Shown: positions 24,428 through 34,350, numbered from the stretch's first letter. The stretch is DNA of 55,890 nucleotides from Campylobacterales bacterium (GCA_031960985.1 JAVRLX010000003.1:1-55890), one strand, 5' to 3'. The notes: generated by a model not told the origin, from the sequence alone. Made by a program: numbers and translations.

Positions 24428-25957
24428 ATGGAAAATATCTTATCGCTTTTACTATTGTTTCCGGCTCTCGCCGCAGTAGTCGGGGCATTTGTACCAAAGC
24501 AGAATATAAAAACATTTGGCGCGGTAGCAACGGGATTAGAGTTTTTGCTTACAATTCCTGTACTGCTTGGCTTTGATCCAAAAAATCCCGGGTTTCAGTT
24601 TACGGAGAAGTTTCCGCTAATACCAGATTATGGGATATTTTACTATGTTGGAGTAGATGGTTTTTCTGTTTATCTCCTCGCGCTATCGACATTTATATCT
24701 TTTATAGCGATAGTTGCGTTAGAAGATCTAAAAAATATGAAAAACCTCATTATTACCCTCCTTTTTATGGAAGTAACAATGGTGGGCTTTTTTATCGCCC
24801 TTGACGCCATAGTGTTTTATATATTCTTTGAGCTCTCTTTGGTCCCTATGATGTATATTATTGGCTCATGGGGTTCATACAAAAGGGTGTATGCGGCGGT
24901 AAAATTTTTCCTATATACATTTGCTGGCTCACTTATTATGCTTTTAGGTGTTATCTATCTTGGATATGCATTTCACGAAGCAACAGGCGTTTGGAGTTTT
25001 GCTATTCCAAACTGGCATCTACTATTGCTGCCGTTTGATGTCCAGATATTGGTATTCCTTGCGTTTTTTGCCGGTCTTGCAGTCAAAGTCCCAATGTTTC
25101 CTTTCCACACATGGCTTCCGTATGCGCACGGTCAAGCTCCAACAGTTGGCTCGGTAATACTTGCGGCGGTACTCCTTAAAATGGGTACATACGGCTTCTT
25201 GCGGCTCTCATTTCCAATCATGCCAGATGCAACGCTATATTTTGTAACCCCAATTGCAATACTCTCCCTTATCATGGTAGTCTATACCGCCATGATAGCT
25301 TTCGCTCAAAGCGATATGAAGCAAGTTGTGGCATATAGCTCGGTTTCTCACATGGGCATTATTATGCTTGGTATGTTTGCGCTAAATGTGGAGGGTATCG
25401 CAGGTTCTGTATTTTTGATGATTAGCCACGGTATCGTCTCAGGCGCGCTGTTTATGCTTGTTGGAGTCATATATGAGAGGCTTCACACCAAAGAGATGAG
25501 CGAGTTTGGCGGTATTACTAGTGTGATGCCAAAATATGGGACAATATTTGGTATCGTCCTTATGGGCTCTGTCGGTCTGCCGCTTACTATCGGCTTTGTG
25601 GGTGAATTTTTATCACTTTTAGGCTTTTTTAAAGTATCCCCTATAATGACGCTAATTGCTGGAACTACAATAATCTTAGGCGCTATATACATGCTAAATC
25701 TCTTTAGAAAATCGTTCTTTGGACAAGTTACAAATCAAAAAATATTTGAGCTCAAGGATTTGACAAAAAGGGAGCTTGCAGGGCTTATTCCACTAACAAT
25801 TCTCGTGATAGTGTTAGGTGTATATCCAAAGCCAGTACTACAACCTGCAGAGTCTAGCGCAAAGCATCTAGTGGAACTAATGTTCAAAAAATCTCAAAGC
25901 TTTAACGCAAAACTAAGCATTTTAGATTACAACTCACTTTCAGGAGGCGCGAAGTGA
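24428..25957 (+). CDS. nuoM: NADH-quinone oxidoreductase subunit M
   Basis: 509 aa. 'VKVPMFPFHTWLPYAHGQAPTVGSVILAAVLLKMGTYGF'. Operon position fits. Confidence 0.93.
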   Translation: MENILSLLLLFPALAAVVGAFVPKQNIKTFGAVATGLEFLLTIPVLLGFDPKNPGFQFTEKFPLIPDYGIFYYVGVDGFSVYLLALSTFISFIAIVALEDLKNMKNLIITLLFMEVTMVGFFIALDAIVFYIFFELSLVPMMYIIGSWGSYKRVYAAVKFFLYTFAGSLIMLLGVIYLGYAFHEATGVWSFAIPNWHLLLLPFDVQILVFLAFFAGLAVKVPMFPFHTWLPYAHGQAPTVGSVILAAVLLKMGTYGFLRLSFPIMPDATLYFVTPIAILSLIMVVYTAMIAFAQSDMKQVVAYSSVSHMGIIMLGMFALNVEGIAGSVFLMISHGIVSGALFMLVGVIYERLHTKEMSEFGGITSVMPKYGTIFGIVLMGSVGLPLTIGFVGEFLSLLGFFKVSPIMTLIAGTTIILGAIYMLNLFRKSFFGQVTNQKIFELKDLTKRELAGLIPLTILVIVLGVYPKPVLQPAESSAKHLVELMFKKSQSFNAKLSILDYNSLSGGAK

Positions 25958-27435
25958 CACCTATTTCTATAAATTTCGCAGACCTCAATCTGCCTACGCT
26001 TTATCCGGTATTTATTACCACGATAGGCGCTCTTTTACTGCTTGTCATTGACCTTATTAAGACGCCTACAAAAGCATTCAATACGATGTTTTCCGTTGCA
26101 GTTGTTTTACTCTCACTTTTTGCGCTTTTAAACACTGGCGCAAATCAGGTTGGCTTTTTCGGGCTTATTACGATAGATGGCGTCGCCATACTAGCCCAAG
26201 GTATAATCCTTGTTGCCTCCGCTCTATTTTTACCGCTTTCGCTCACTTCGCAGAGATTTCATGAGTTTGAATATACGGAATTTTTTGCGCTATTTCTATT
26301 TTTAGTGAGTGGTTTTCAGGTTATGGTGTCGACCGACAATCTTATCCTTATGTTTATAGCTCTTGAGGCGGCATCGCTTGCACTTTATACAATTATCGCT
26401 ATGCACAATAGAGATAGATCAATAGAGGCCGCGGTAAAATACTTTACTATGGGCGCATTGGCTGCTGGTTTTTTTGCGTTTGGTGGAGCGCTGTTTTATC
26501 TTGCGACTGGAAGCGTCGAGCTTGAAAAATCTTTTTTTGCGCTTCAAAACTCGGGCGCGCATAATTTTGAGATACTGCTTGTCTCTTTGGCGTTTTTGGT
26601 GGGCGCTATTGGCTTTAAGCTTTCAGTGGTTCCTTTCCACACTTGGACGCCAGATGTATACGAGGGCGCTAGCGCTCCTCTTGCCGGATATATGTCAATT
26701 GTTCCAAAAATCGCAGCTTTTGTTATTGCGATAAGAGTGTTTGAATTCCTTGTCGCCTCCGATCTTGAGTGGATCAAAACGATGCTTTGGATAGCTGCCG
26801 TTGCGACAATGACGATAGGAAATATCTTGGCTCTTGTACAAGAGTCGGTAAAAAGAATGCTTGCGTTTAGCTCAATTAGTCACGCCGGCTTTGGTCTTGT
26901 GGCAATACTCATCGCCACAAATGAAGCAAATAGCGCTTTATTTATGTACTGGACTTTATTTATGTTTGCCAACCTTGGCGCATTTACAATGCTGTGGATA
27001 TCTAGACACAAAAGCAAGATATTCCACAATAGATTTGACCACCCGTACACAAAATTTAGCGGTATGATATACATAGCCCCTATCCCTGCGATAATTATGG
27101 CAATTTTTATGCTAAGCCTTGCAGGGATACCTCCATTTGCCTTATTTTGGGGCAAGTTTTATCTAATTGGTGCAACAATGACTGCAGGATATATAGGGCT
27201 TGCACTTATTATGGCGCTTAATAGTGCAATAGCAGTATATTATTATCTCAAACTTATCGTTTATATGTTCCTTAGAGAGCCATCATACAACGATGGAACA
27301 ATATATATGCGAAATGCAACTGCGCCATTTAAATTTATACTAGCAATTGCCGCATTCTTCTCGGTATTTTCTATTTTTATTATAAATGATATCCTAAACG
27401 GCTACGGCGCTATCTTAAAAAGCTCAGGTTTTTAA
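25954..27435 (+). CDS. nuoN: NADH-quinone oxidoreductase subunit N
   Basis: 493 aa. 'FKLSVVPFHTWTPDVYEGASAPLAGYMSIVPK'. GTG start overlaps the nuoM stop (GTGA). Confidence 0.92.
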   Translation: MTPISINFADLNLPTLYPVFITTIGALLLLVIDLIKTPTKAFNTMFSVAVVLLSLFALLNTGANQVGFFGLITIDGVAILAQGIILVASALFLPLSLTSQRFHEFEYTEFFALFLFLVSGFQVMVSTDNLILMFIALEAASLALYTIIAMHNRDRSIEAAVKYFTMGALAAGFFAFGGALFYLATGSVELEKSFFALQNSGAHNFEILLVSLAFLVGAIGFKLSVVPFHTWTPDVYEGASAPLAGYMSIVPKIAAFVIAIRVFEFLVASDLEWIKTMLWIAAVATMTIGNILALVQESVKRMLAFSSISHAGFGLVAILIATNEANSALFMYWTLFMFANLGAFTMLWISRHKSKIFHNRFDHPYTKFSGMIYIAPIPAIIMAIFMLSLAGIPPFALFWGKFYLIGATMTAGYIGLALIMALNSAIAVYYYLKLIVYMFLREPSYNDGTIYMRNATAPFKFILAIAAFFSVFSIFIINDILNGYGAILKSSGF

Positions 27436-27441
27436 ATTTTC

Positions 27442-27470
27442 TTTGCCCCCTGACTTTTTTTGGGGGCAAA
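27442..27470 (+). terminator. stem-loop after nuoN (9-bp stem tttgccccc/gggggcaaa, 11-nt T-rich loop)
   Basis: Perfect inverted repeat 7 nt after the nuoN stop. No U-tract follows the stem, so terminator activity is uncertain. Confidence 0.4.
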
Positions 27471-27551
27471 CCACGAGGACTTTTCAAATTTTAAACATTT
27501 TTTAATACACACCAGCTACAATACCAATATTTTCACATTTAGGAGATTGTA

Positions 27552-28076
27552 ATGAATTTAAGTATAGTTGCAAAACAAATAGAAATGACAGATGCAATCA
27601 AAAAATATATCGAAGAGAAAGTATCTTCATTTGAAAAATTCCATTTAGATGTTATTGCAGTTAAAGCTATTGTTTCGAGCGCCGACAAAAACGGCAAAAA
27701 AGGATTTAGTATAGAATTTATCATCCAGCTTGCCGGCAAAGACACGGTTGTTATCAAACAAACAGATAAAGATTTGTATGCCGCCATAGACCTTGCAGAA
27801 GAGAGAGCCAAAAAAGTCTTAAGACGACATCACGACAAAGTCTCTAGCCACAAAGCGCACGCCAAAATGTCAGTTCCGCTTGTAGCTATTGAGAGCGACG
27901 AGGAACAAGAGGATGAGATAATCCCTGCAGAGCTTGATATAGACAAACCAGTTGATATAGATGAAGCCCTTGAAATATTCAAAATGAAGGGTTGTATGTT
28001 TATGATTTTTGAAGACAAAGCCAAAAAAACAAGGGTTATGTATAGAAGAAAAGATGGAAAAATAGGTCTTTATTAA
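27552..28076 (+). CDS. hpf: ribosome hibernation promoting factor, long form
   Basis: 174 aa. N-terminal RaiA/sigma54-modulation fold ('ITDAIKKYIEEKV...KFH') plus a C-terminal dimerisation domain ('PVDIDEALEIFKMKGCMFMIFEDKAKKTRVMYRRKDGKIGL'). AGGAG Shine-Dalgarno. Confidence 0.88.
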   Translation: MNLSIVAKQIEMTDAIKKYIEEKVSSFEKFHLDVIAVKAIVSSADKNGKKGFSIEFIIQLAGKDTVVIKQTDKDLYAAIDLAEERAKKVLRRHHDKVSSHKAHAKMSVPLVAIESDEEQEDEIIPAELDIDKPVDIDEALEIFKMKGCMFMIFEDKAKKTRVMYRRKDGKIGLY

Positions 28077-28081
28077 AAAAT

Positions 28082-28104
28082 ACGGAGAGGTTAAAGCTCT
28101 CCGT
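28082..28104. terminator. shared stem-loop between convergent hpf and hisD (8-bp stem acggagag/ctctccgt)
   Basis: Inverted repeat read directly. The hisD stop codon (28091-28093) lies in the loop. The minus-strand reading is followed by a T-run (the A-run at 28074-28079 on the plus strand), and the plus-strand reading by 'tttactctt'. Confidence 0.5.
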
Positions 28105-29392
28105 TTACTCTTGCTAACACACTCTCTTTGTGGGCAAAAAGCCCCTCCACATCTGCGATAGTTGCGCATTTATCCCCAAGTTCTCTTATCGCCTCTTTTG
28201 AAAACGATATAATTGAGGATTTTTTCATAAAGTGCTCTGTTGAAAGTGGAGAGAAAAATCGAGCGCTCGCCCCTGTTGGCAAGGTATGATTTGGTCCTGC
28301 CACATAATCCCCTATCGCCTCTGGGGTGTAATGCCCCAAAAATATCGCTCCCGCATGCTTGATAAAAGGTAGTAGCTCAAGCGCATTTGCAGTGCAAACT
28401 TCCAAGTGCTCAGGGGCTATATCGTTCATAATCTCTATTGCCTCTTTTATATCTTTGCACACCACAATAATGCCGTTATTTGCGATAGAGACCGAGCTTA
28501 TTTCACTGCGGGGTAGCTTATGCAGATACCTCTCTATCTCTTTTGCAGTCTCGTTTGCAATTTTTTCGCTTGTTGTTACAAGATAGGAGCCGGCAAGCTC
28601 GTCGTGTTCAGCTTGAGATAGCATATCAAGCGCAAGCCACGATGGATTTGCGCTCTCATCTGAGAGTATCCCTATTTCACTTGGTCCTGCTATCATATCG
28701 ATATTTACATCGCCAAACACAAGCTTTTTGGCGGTTGCCACAAAGATGTTACCAGGCCCTGTAATAACATCCACTTTTTCTATCGTTTCAGTGCCATATG
28801 CAAGAGCCGCCACTGCGCTAGCGCCACCTACTTTGTACATTTTTTTGATGCCGCATAGGTGTGCTGCTGCCATAAGGAGTGGATTTGGCTCGCCACCCGG
28901 GGTTGGGGTGCAAACTACTATCTCATTTACCCCCGCAACTATCGCAGGAATTGCATTCATCAAAAGGGAGCTTGGATAGACCGCTTTGCCGCCGGGGATA
29001 TATAGGCCAGCTCTATCTACAGGGGTTACTTTTTGTCCAAGTATGGCGCCATTTGCCTCAGTCGTTATCCAGCTTTTTGGCTTTAGCTCTTTGTGATATG
29101 CCGCTATCCTATCGTATGCTATATGGAGCGCCTCTTTTAGTTTAGAATCAAGGGTATCATAGGCCACTTTCATATCGGCTTTATCTACTACAAGCTCTGC
29201 GCCATTTGCTGGACTCCAACCATCAAACTTTGCCACCGCTTCGATAAGGGCTTTGTCTTTATCTTTTTTGACGCTAGAGATGATAGATTTGACTATCATC
29301 TCCACTTTTTCGCTTTGCGTCTCACCCCTATGCAAGGTGGCCTGCAGTTCACTTTTAAAGTTTTTGTCTGTAGTTTTTATGATTTTAATCAT
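28091..29392 (-). CDS. hisD: histidinol dehydrogenase
   Basis: 433 aa. 'AGPSEIGILSDESANPSWLALDMLSQAEHD' and 'APEHLEV' are HisD signatures. Confidence 0.95.
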   Translation of the reverse strand: MIKIIKTTDKNFKSELQATLHRGETQSEKVEMIVKSIISSVKKDKDKALIEAVAKFDGWSPANGAELVVDKADMKVAYDTLDSKLKEALHIAYDRIAAYHKELKPKSWITTEANGAILGQKVTPVDRAGLYIPGGKAVYPSSLLMNAIPAIVAGVNEIVVCTPTPGGEPNPLLMAAAHLCGIKKMYKVGGASAVAALAYGTETIEKVDVITGPGNIFVATAKKLVFGDVNIDMIAGPSEIGILSDESANPSWLALDMLSQAEHDELAGSYLVTTSEKIANETAKEIERYLHKLPRSEISSVSIANNGIIVVCKDIKEAIEIMNDIAPEHLEVCTANALELLPFIKHAGAIFLGHYTPEAIGDYVAGPNHTLPTGASARFFSPLSTEHFMKKSSIISFSKEAIRELGDKCATIADVEGLFAHKESVLARVNGEL

Positions 29393-29399
29393 CTTCTTT

Positions 29400-30476
29400 T
29401 TAGTTTCGCCCTACGCAATTTAAATCGGCAAACGCTTGTTTGAGCCTTTCTATCATACTTTTTTGCCCCTCTCTTATTATTACGCGAGGATCATAATATT
29501 TTTTGTTAGGTTTCTCTGCCCCTTCAGGATTGCCTATTTGCCCTTGCAAGTAATCGTGATATTTGGCTTCATAACCCCTTATTCCATCCCAGAACGCCCA
29601 CTGCGTATCGGTGTCAATATTCATTTTAACAACGCCATACGAGATAGCATCTTTAATATCTTTTGGATCTGAGCCGCTACCACCGTGAAATACGAAACTT
29701 ACAGGTTTGGGACCTAAGTTTCTTTTTTGACTAATATACTTTTGAGAGTTATCCAAAATAATAGGGCTTAATTTGACATTACCAGGGGCATAAACACCAT
29801 GCACATTTCCAAACGATGCCGCAATAGTAAAATTAGGGCTTATTTTAGATAATCTCTCATACGCATAATCTACATCTTCAGGTTGCGTGTATAGCCTTGC
29901 ATTATCTATTCCAGTATTATCCACCCCATCCTCTTCGCCGCCTGTGCAACCAAGCTCAATTTCAAGCGTTAGCCCAATCTTTGACATTCTTGTTAGGTAT
30001 TTTTCGCATATTGCAATATTTTCTTCCAACGGCTCTTCAGACAAATCGAGCATATGTGATGAAAAGAGTGGTTTGCCATGCTCTTTAAAATATTTTTCGC
30101 TAGCGTCTAGCAATCCGTCTATCCAAGGGAGAAGTTTTTTTGCCGCATGGTCTGTATGTATAATTACAGGCACCCCATATGCCTCGGCAACATTGTGGAT
30201 ATGAAGCGCGCCCGATATTGAGCCTAGTATTGCCGCTTTTTCGTTTTCGTTTTTTAACCCCTTACCAGCAATAAAGCTACCGCCGCCATTACTAAACTGA
30301 ATTATCACAGGGGAGTTAACTAGCGCCGCCGCCTCCAAAACTGCGTTTATACTATCGGTTCCAACGCAATTTACAGCAGGGATAGCAAAAGAGTTCTCTT
30401 TTGCAAAATTGAATAGTTTTGTTACATCATTACCGCTTACCACACCCGGTTTTACCACATCAAATACCTTTGACAT
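29400..30476 (-). CDS. fba: class II fructose-bisphosphate aldolase
   Basis: 358 aa. 'FAIPAVNCVG', 'HTDHAAKK', 'LEIELGCTGGEEDGVDN', 'FGNVHGVY', 'VFHGGSGS' follow the FbaA class II pattern. Confidence 0.95.
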   Translation of the reverse strand: MSKVFDVVKPGVVSGNDVTKLFNFAKENSFAIPAVNCVGTDSINAVLEAAALVNSPVIIQFSNGGGSFIAGKGLKNENEKAAILGSISGALHIHNVAEAYGVPVIIHTDHAAKKLLPWIDGLLDASEKYFKEHGKPLFSSHMLDLSEEPLEENIAICEKYLTRMSKIGLTLEIELGCTGGEEDGVDNTGIDNARLYTQPEDVDYAYERLSKISPNFTIAASFGNVHGVYAPGNVKLSPIILDNSQKYISQKRNLGPKPVSFVFHGGSGSDPKDIKDAISYGVVKMNIDTDTQWAFWDGIRGYEAKYHDYLQGQIGNPEGAEKPNKKYYDPRVIIREGQKSMIERLKQAFADLNCVGRN

Positions 30477-30488
30477 ATGAACTACTCC

Positions 30489-31313
30489 TTATTTTTTGAT
30501 TTCTACTTTTGCTTTTTCTCTTAGGGCTTTACCTTTTGCGGCTATGCTCTCCTTGAATTTATCTACTTTTAGTACTTGCTTGATTTGTTCTTTTGCGTTT
30601 TCAAACGATACTTTTCCGGCAGGTTTTTGGTCTACTAGGTATATTAGGTGATAGCCAAACTGTGTTTTTACTGGAGCTTTGCTCATCTCCCCTTTTTTAA
30701 GCGCTTTTGCGGCTACAAAAAACTCTTTTACCATTCTACCCTCGGCAAACCAACCTAGTTTTCCGCCATTATCTTTTGTGCCGTCAATAGAGTATTTTGC
30801 CGCCGCCGCTGCAAAAGCGTCTTCTAGCTTATCTTTTGGAACAGTTTTTAACTCGGCAAGAATTTTTTTAGCCTCAGCTTCTGTCTTTACGATAATGTGT
30901 CTAGCATTAAAAAGCTCCGGTTGCTTGAATTTTTCTCCGTTTGCATCGTAAAATTTTTTTGCCTCTTCGTCGGATACGTTTACTTTATCAAACTGTTTTT
31001 TCATCCAGACTTCAAATGCAAGCTCTTTTGCTATTCTCTCTAGCTCTTTTTTGTACTCTTCCGTGTTTTGAATACCCTCTTTGGTGGCTTCTTCAAGCAA
31101 AAGCTGCTTCTCTATTATTTGATTAAGCACCTTTTCTTTTACATCTTTTGCCAGTGAGTTATAGTCTACATTTGCCTCAGGAATCGTTCTTAAAAACGCA
31201 TTTACATCATCCATTGTTATATTTTTATCGTTGACGGTAGCCACTACATCAGCCGCAAAAACACTCCCGCCAAGAACCGCAGCCGCACAAACAGAGAAAA
31301 AAAACTTTTTCAT
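30489..31313 (-). CDS. peb4: periplasmic SurA-like chaperone / parvulin PPIase (PEB4/cell-binding factor 2-like)
   Basis: 274 aa with a signal peptide ('MKKFFFSVCAAAVLGGSVFA') and a parvulin domain ('ARHIIV...GGKLGWF...FGYHLIY'). As I recall, peb4 precedes fba in C. jejuni too. Confidence 0.7.
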   Translation of the reverse strand: MKKFFFSVCAAAVLGGSVFAADVVATVNDKNITMDDVNAFLRTIPEANVDYNSLAKDVKEKVLNQIIEKQLLLEEATKEGIQNTEEYKKELERIAKELAFEVWMKKQFDKVNVSDEEAKKFYDANGEKFKQPELFNARHIIVKTEAEAKKILAELKTVPKDKLEDAFAAAAAKYSIDGTKDNGGKLGWFAEGRMVKEFFVAAKALKKGEMSKAPVKTQFGYHLIYLVDQKPAGKVSFENAKEQIKQVLKVDKFKESIAAKGKALREKAKVEIKK

Positions 31314-31492
31314 AAATAGAAATCCTTTATTTTGTTGTTTGAGTATATAGACATAAAAAGACAGTTTTGTTGCATGCTATGCCATATACTACAAATTGCA
31401 AAAATTATACAGAATAGTTGTTTAGTTAATTTAAATGGGTTTCAATATAATTCCGGTTTTTGAAAACTGAAAATTTATGGAGCTAGTCGTTT

Positions 31493-32458
31493 ATGTTGAA
31501 AAAAGGGCTATTGATACTATGCGCGGCATCTTTTGCCTTTGCATCATCTGATATTATTGAGGTGTATAGAAAAAAGGGGGTCGATGCGGCGATTGCCGAA
31601 ATAGAAAAAGAGCTTGCCACAAAAGAGTATTGGCAGAGTTATCTAAAAAATCACGATACAACACTTGGATTTTACGAAACCGACAAATATATCATCGTAA
31701 CAGACAAATCAAAACCAGAAGTTACCCTTTATACTTACAAAGACCACAAGCTAGTTCAAGTAAACAAATCAGCCGCTAGAGTCGGTGGACAAAAAGGGGA
31801 CAAAGAAAAGAGAGGCGATTATAAAACTCCAACTGGCTCTTATGACTTTGTAAACAAATTAGGAAAACTACCGCCATTTTATGGCCCAATAGCATTTGCC
31901 ACCGACTATCCAAACCTATATGATATAGTAAACAAAAAAGATGGATACGGCATTTGGTTGCACGGTATGCCGCTTGATGGCAATAGAACGCCCTCAACGA
32001 AGGGGTGCGTTGTCGTAAATAACGATTATCTATTAAACCTAGATAAAAAAATAACATACCAAAAAACTGTCCTTATTATAGATGACAAACCGCTTCCAAA
32101 AACATCAAAAGATGATATAGCAACAATACTTGCCTCTATGTTTCAATGGAAAAAAGCATGGGAGAGTAATGATCTAAAAGGGTATCTTGGTTTTTATGAT
32201 GATAATTTTAGAAGATTTGACGGGATGGATAAAAAAGCGTTTAGCGTTTACAAAGAGAGGATTTTTGCAAAAAAAGAGCCAAAAAAAATAGTCTTTAGAG
32301 AGTTTGAGGTAACACCAAATCCAACAAGTAAAAATGAGAAGATTTTTAAAGTTAAATTTTATGAAGAGTACTGGGCTCCTTCATATAAATTTAGCGGAGT
32401 AAAAGATCTATTTGTAAAAGTTGATAATGGCAAAATGACAATAATGGCCGAAAGATAG
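31493..32458 (+). CDS. pgp2: YkuD-fold L,D-carboxypeptidase/transpeptidase with a C-terminal NTF2-like domain (Csd6/Pgp2-like cell-shape determinant)
   Basis: 321 aa with a signal peptide. Catalytic 'WLHGMPLDGNRTPSTKGCVVV' (His...S/T-x-G-Cys). C-terminal 'MFQWKKAWESNDLKGYLGFYDDNF' resembles an NTF2-like fold, which is the Csd6/Pgp2 architecture. Confidence 0.65.
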   Translation: MLKKGLLILCAASFAFASSDIIEVYRKKGVDAAIAEIEKELATKEYWQSYLKNHDTTLGFYETDKYIIVTDKSKPEVTLYTYKDHKLVQVNKSAARVGGQKGDKEKRGDYKTPTGSYDFVNKLGKLPPFYGPIAFATDYPNLYDIVNKKDGYGIWLHGMPLDGNRTPSTKGCVVVNNDYLLNLDKKITYQKTVLIIDDKPLPKTSKDDIATILASMFQWKKAWESNDLKGYLGFYDDNFRRFDGMDKKAFSVYKERIFAKKEPKKIVFREFEVTPNPTSKNEKIFKVKFYEEYWAPSYKFSGVKDLFVKVDNGKMTIMAER

Positions 32459-32459
32459 T

Positions 32460-33749
32460 ATGTTAAGAAAGTTTTTTGCATTTATTTTAATAGCGCTCTC
32501 GCTAAACGCCGCTAACTTGCACTTTAGTTTACATAAAATGGAGAGTGGCAAAGGGGATACGCTCTTCATTATTGGTGGAATTCACGGAAATGAGCCGGGT
32601 GGCTATTTTGCCCCTGCCCTTTTTATAAATCATTACAAAATTATAAGCGGCAATGTCTGGGTTGTCCCAAATCTAAATTTTGACAGTATTATCCAAAATG
32701 AGCGGGGTGTTTATGGCGATATGAACCGCAAGTTTGCTGTAATCAAAGATGACGACAAAGATAAGCAAATAGTGGCAGATATTAAAAAATTGATGTTAGA
32801 GCCAAAAGTAGATTTGATACTAAACCTACACGACGGGCACGGATTTTATAGACCTCAACCAAAAAATGACCTTTTCAACCCAAAAGCTTGGGGGCAGGCA
32901 TTTATCATAGATCAAGAGGCTCTTGCTGGTACAAAATACGGAAATCTAGGCGAGATAGCCTCCAAAATATCCAAAAAAAACAATGTTGTTTTACAAGAAG
33001 ATGTGCATGAGTTTAATGTCAAAAATACCGAAACAAAGGACAAAGACGAGGCGATGAGACAAAGCCTCACATACTTTGCAATTAAAAACAAAAAGCCAGC
33101 GCTTGCCCTAGAGACTAGTAAAAACATAGCCGATTTGCCCACAAAAGTTTTGTATCAACTTAAAAGCTTTGAAGAGTTTATGCAGATAATGGGGATAAAA
33201 TACCAAAGGGATTTTGAGTTAAATCAAAAAGAGGTTGCAAGGCTTTTGCAAGATTATGGCGAGATAGAGATACCACCTCTCAAAATAAAACTTCCGCTAA
33301 GCGATTTGAAGCCGCAAATCAAATATTTTCCGATAGATGCAAAAGGTGTTGTCTATAAAAGTCAAAACCCATTGGTTGCAGTGATAAAAAGCCAAAATGG
33401 ATACGACATCCACTGCGGCAACATCAAAGTAGCCACACTTGTTACGCAGACATATACATTTGACGATTCCCTTAAAGAGGTAGAGGCTGAGGCGGACGGC
33501 AAAACCTGTAAAACGGCGATAGGTTCGTATCTAAAGGCAAAAAATAGCTTCAAAATCAAAGCGCCTGCAGGATATAGGCTCAATATTATCGGTTTTAGCA
33601 AAAAAGAGGTAGAAAACGAAAGCGGCATAGAGGTTGCAAAAACCGCTTTTGACAAAAACTATTCTCTTGATAAGTCTGGCAAGCTATACAGAGCCGAGAT
33701 ATACAAAGGTAAAAATTTTTGCGGTATGATAGTCATAAAATTTGAATAA
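32460..33749 (+). CDS. pgp1: M14-family zinc carboxypeptidase (Csd4/Pgp1-like D,L-carboxypeptidase)
   Basis: 429 aa with a signal peptide. 'GGIHGNEPGG' (H42, E45) plus 'NLHDGHG' (H124) gives the 82-residue ligand spacing I recall for Csd4 (46/49/128). 'MNRKF' is the substrate-binding N-R. There are about 300 further residues, as in the three-domain Csd4. Confidence 0.65.
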   Translation: MLRKFFAFILIALSLNAANLHFSLHKMESGKGDTLFIIGGIHGNEPGGYFAPALFINHYKIISGNVWVVPNLNFDSIIQNERGVYGDMNRKFAVIKDDDKDKQIVADIKKLMLEPKVDLILNLHDGHGFYRPQPKNDLFNPKAWGQAFIIDQEALAGTKYGNLGEIASKISKKNNVVLQEDVHEFNVKNTETKDKDEAMRQSLTYFAIKNKKPALALETSKNIADLPTKVLYQLKSFEEFMQIMGIKYQRDFELNQKEVARLLQDYGEIEIPPLKIKLPLSDLKPQIKYFPIDAKGVVYKSQNPLVAVIKSQNGYDIHCGNIKVATLVTQTYTFDDSLKEVEAEADGKTCKTAIGSYLKAKNSFKIKAPAGYRLNIIGFSKKEVENESGIEVAKTAFDKNYSLDKSGKLYRAEIYKGKNFCGMIVIKFE

Positions 33750-33758
33750 GGAAAAGAG

Positions 33759-34223
33759 ATGCAGATAGGTACAAAAGCTCCAGAATTTTGTCTCAAAAAC
33801 CAAGACGGCAACGAGGTATGCTTAAGAGATTTTAAAGGTAAATGGGTAGTTATATATTTTTACCCAAAAGACGATACCCCTGGATGCACGACTGAAGCGT
33901 GCGAATTTACGGTAGAGTTTCCGAATTTTTTGGAGATGGATGCGGTAGTGCTAGGTGTTAGCGCAGATAGTGTCGAAAAGCATAAAAAATTTGCTAGTAA
34001 ACACAATTTGGGTATCACGCTTCTATCTGACCCTGATCATAAAGTGATAGAGGCTTATGGCGCATGGAGAGAAAAAAATATGTGCGGCAAAAAATATATG
34101 GGGATAGTTCGCTCAACCGTGTTGATAAATCCGCAAGGCGAGGTAGCGTATTATTGGGATAATGTAAAAGCCAAAGGACACGCCGAGAAAGTAAAAGAGC
34201 AGGTGGCCAAACTAAAAGGCTAA
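33759..34223 (+). CDS. bcp: peroxiredoxin Bcp (thiol peroxidase)
   Basis: 154 aa. 'FYPKDDTPGCTTEAC' is the Bcp/PrxQ active site. Confidence 0.92.
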   Translation: MQIGTKAPEFCLKNQDGNEVCLRDFKGKWVVIYFYPKDDTPGCTTEACEFTVEFPNFLEMDAVVLGVSADSVEKHKKFASKHNLGITLLSDPDHKVIEAYGAWREKNMCGKKYMGIVRSTVLINPQGEVAYYWDNVKAKGHAEKVKEQVAKLKG

Positions 34224-34317
34224 AGCGCCGCCTTTTGTATTTATAAAATATCACCCCTAGAAGACTAGGTTGTCGTAAAATCTTTATCTACTCGTAATGC
34301 GTCCACATTCTTATCAC

Positions 34318-34350
34318 CTAACCTTATGCACTTTTAGTGCGTAAGGTTAG
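34318..34350 (+). terminator. rho-independent terminator candidate downstream of bcp
   Basis: 14-bp stem (ctaaccttatgcac/gtgcgtaaggttag, one G-U pair) with a 5-nt loop, followed by 'ttatttaatt'. It lies about 95 nt after the bcp stop. Confidence 0.55.
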
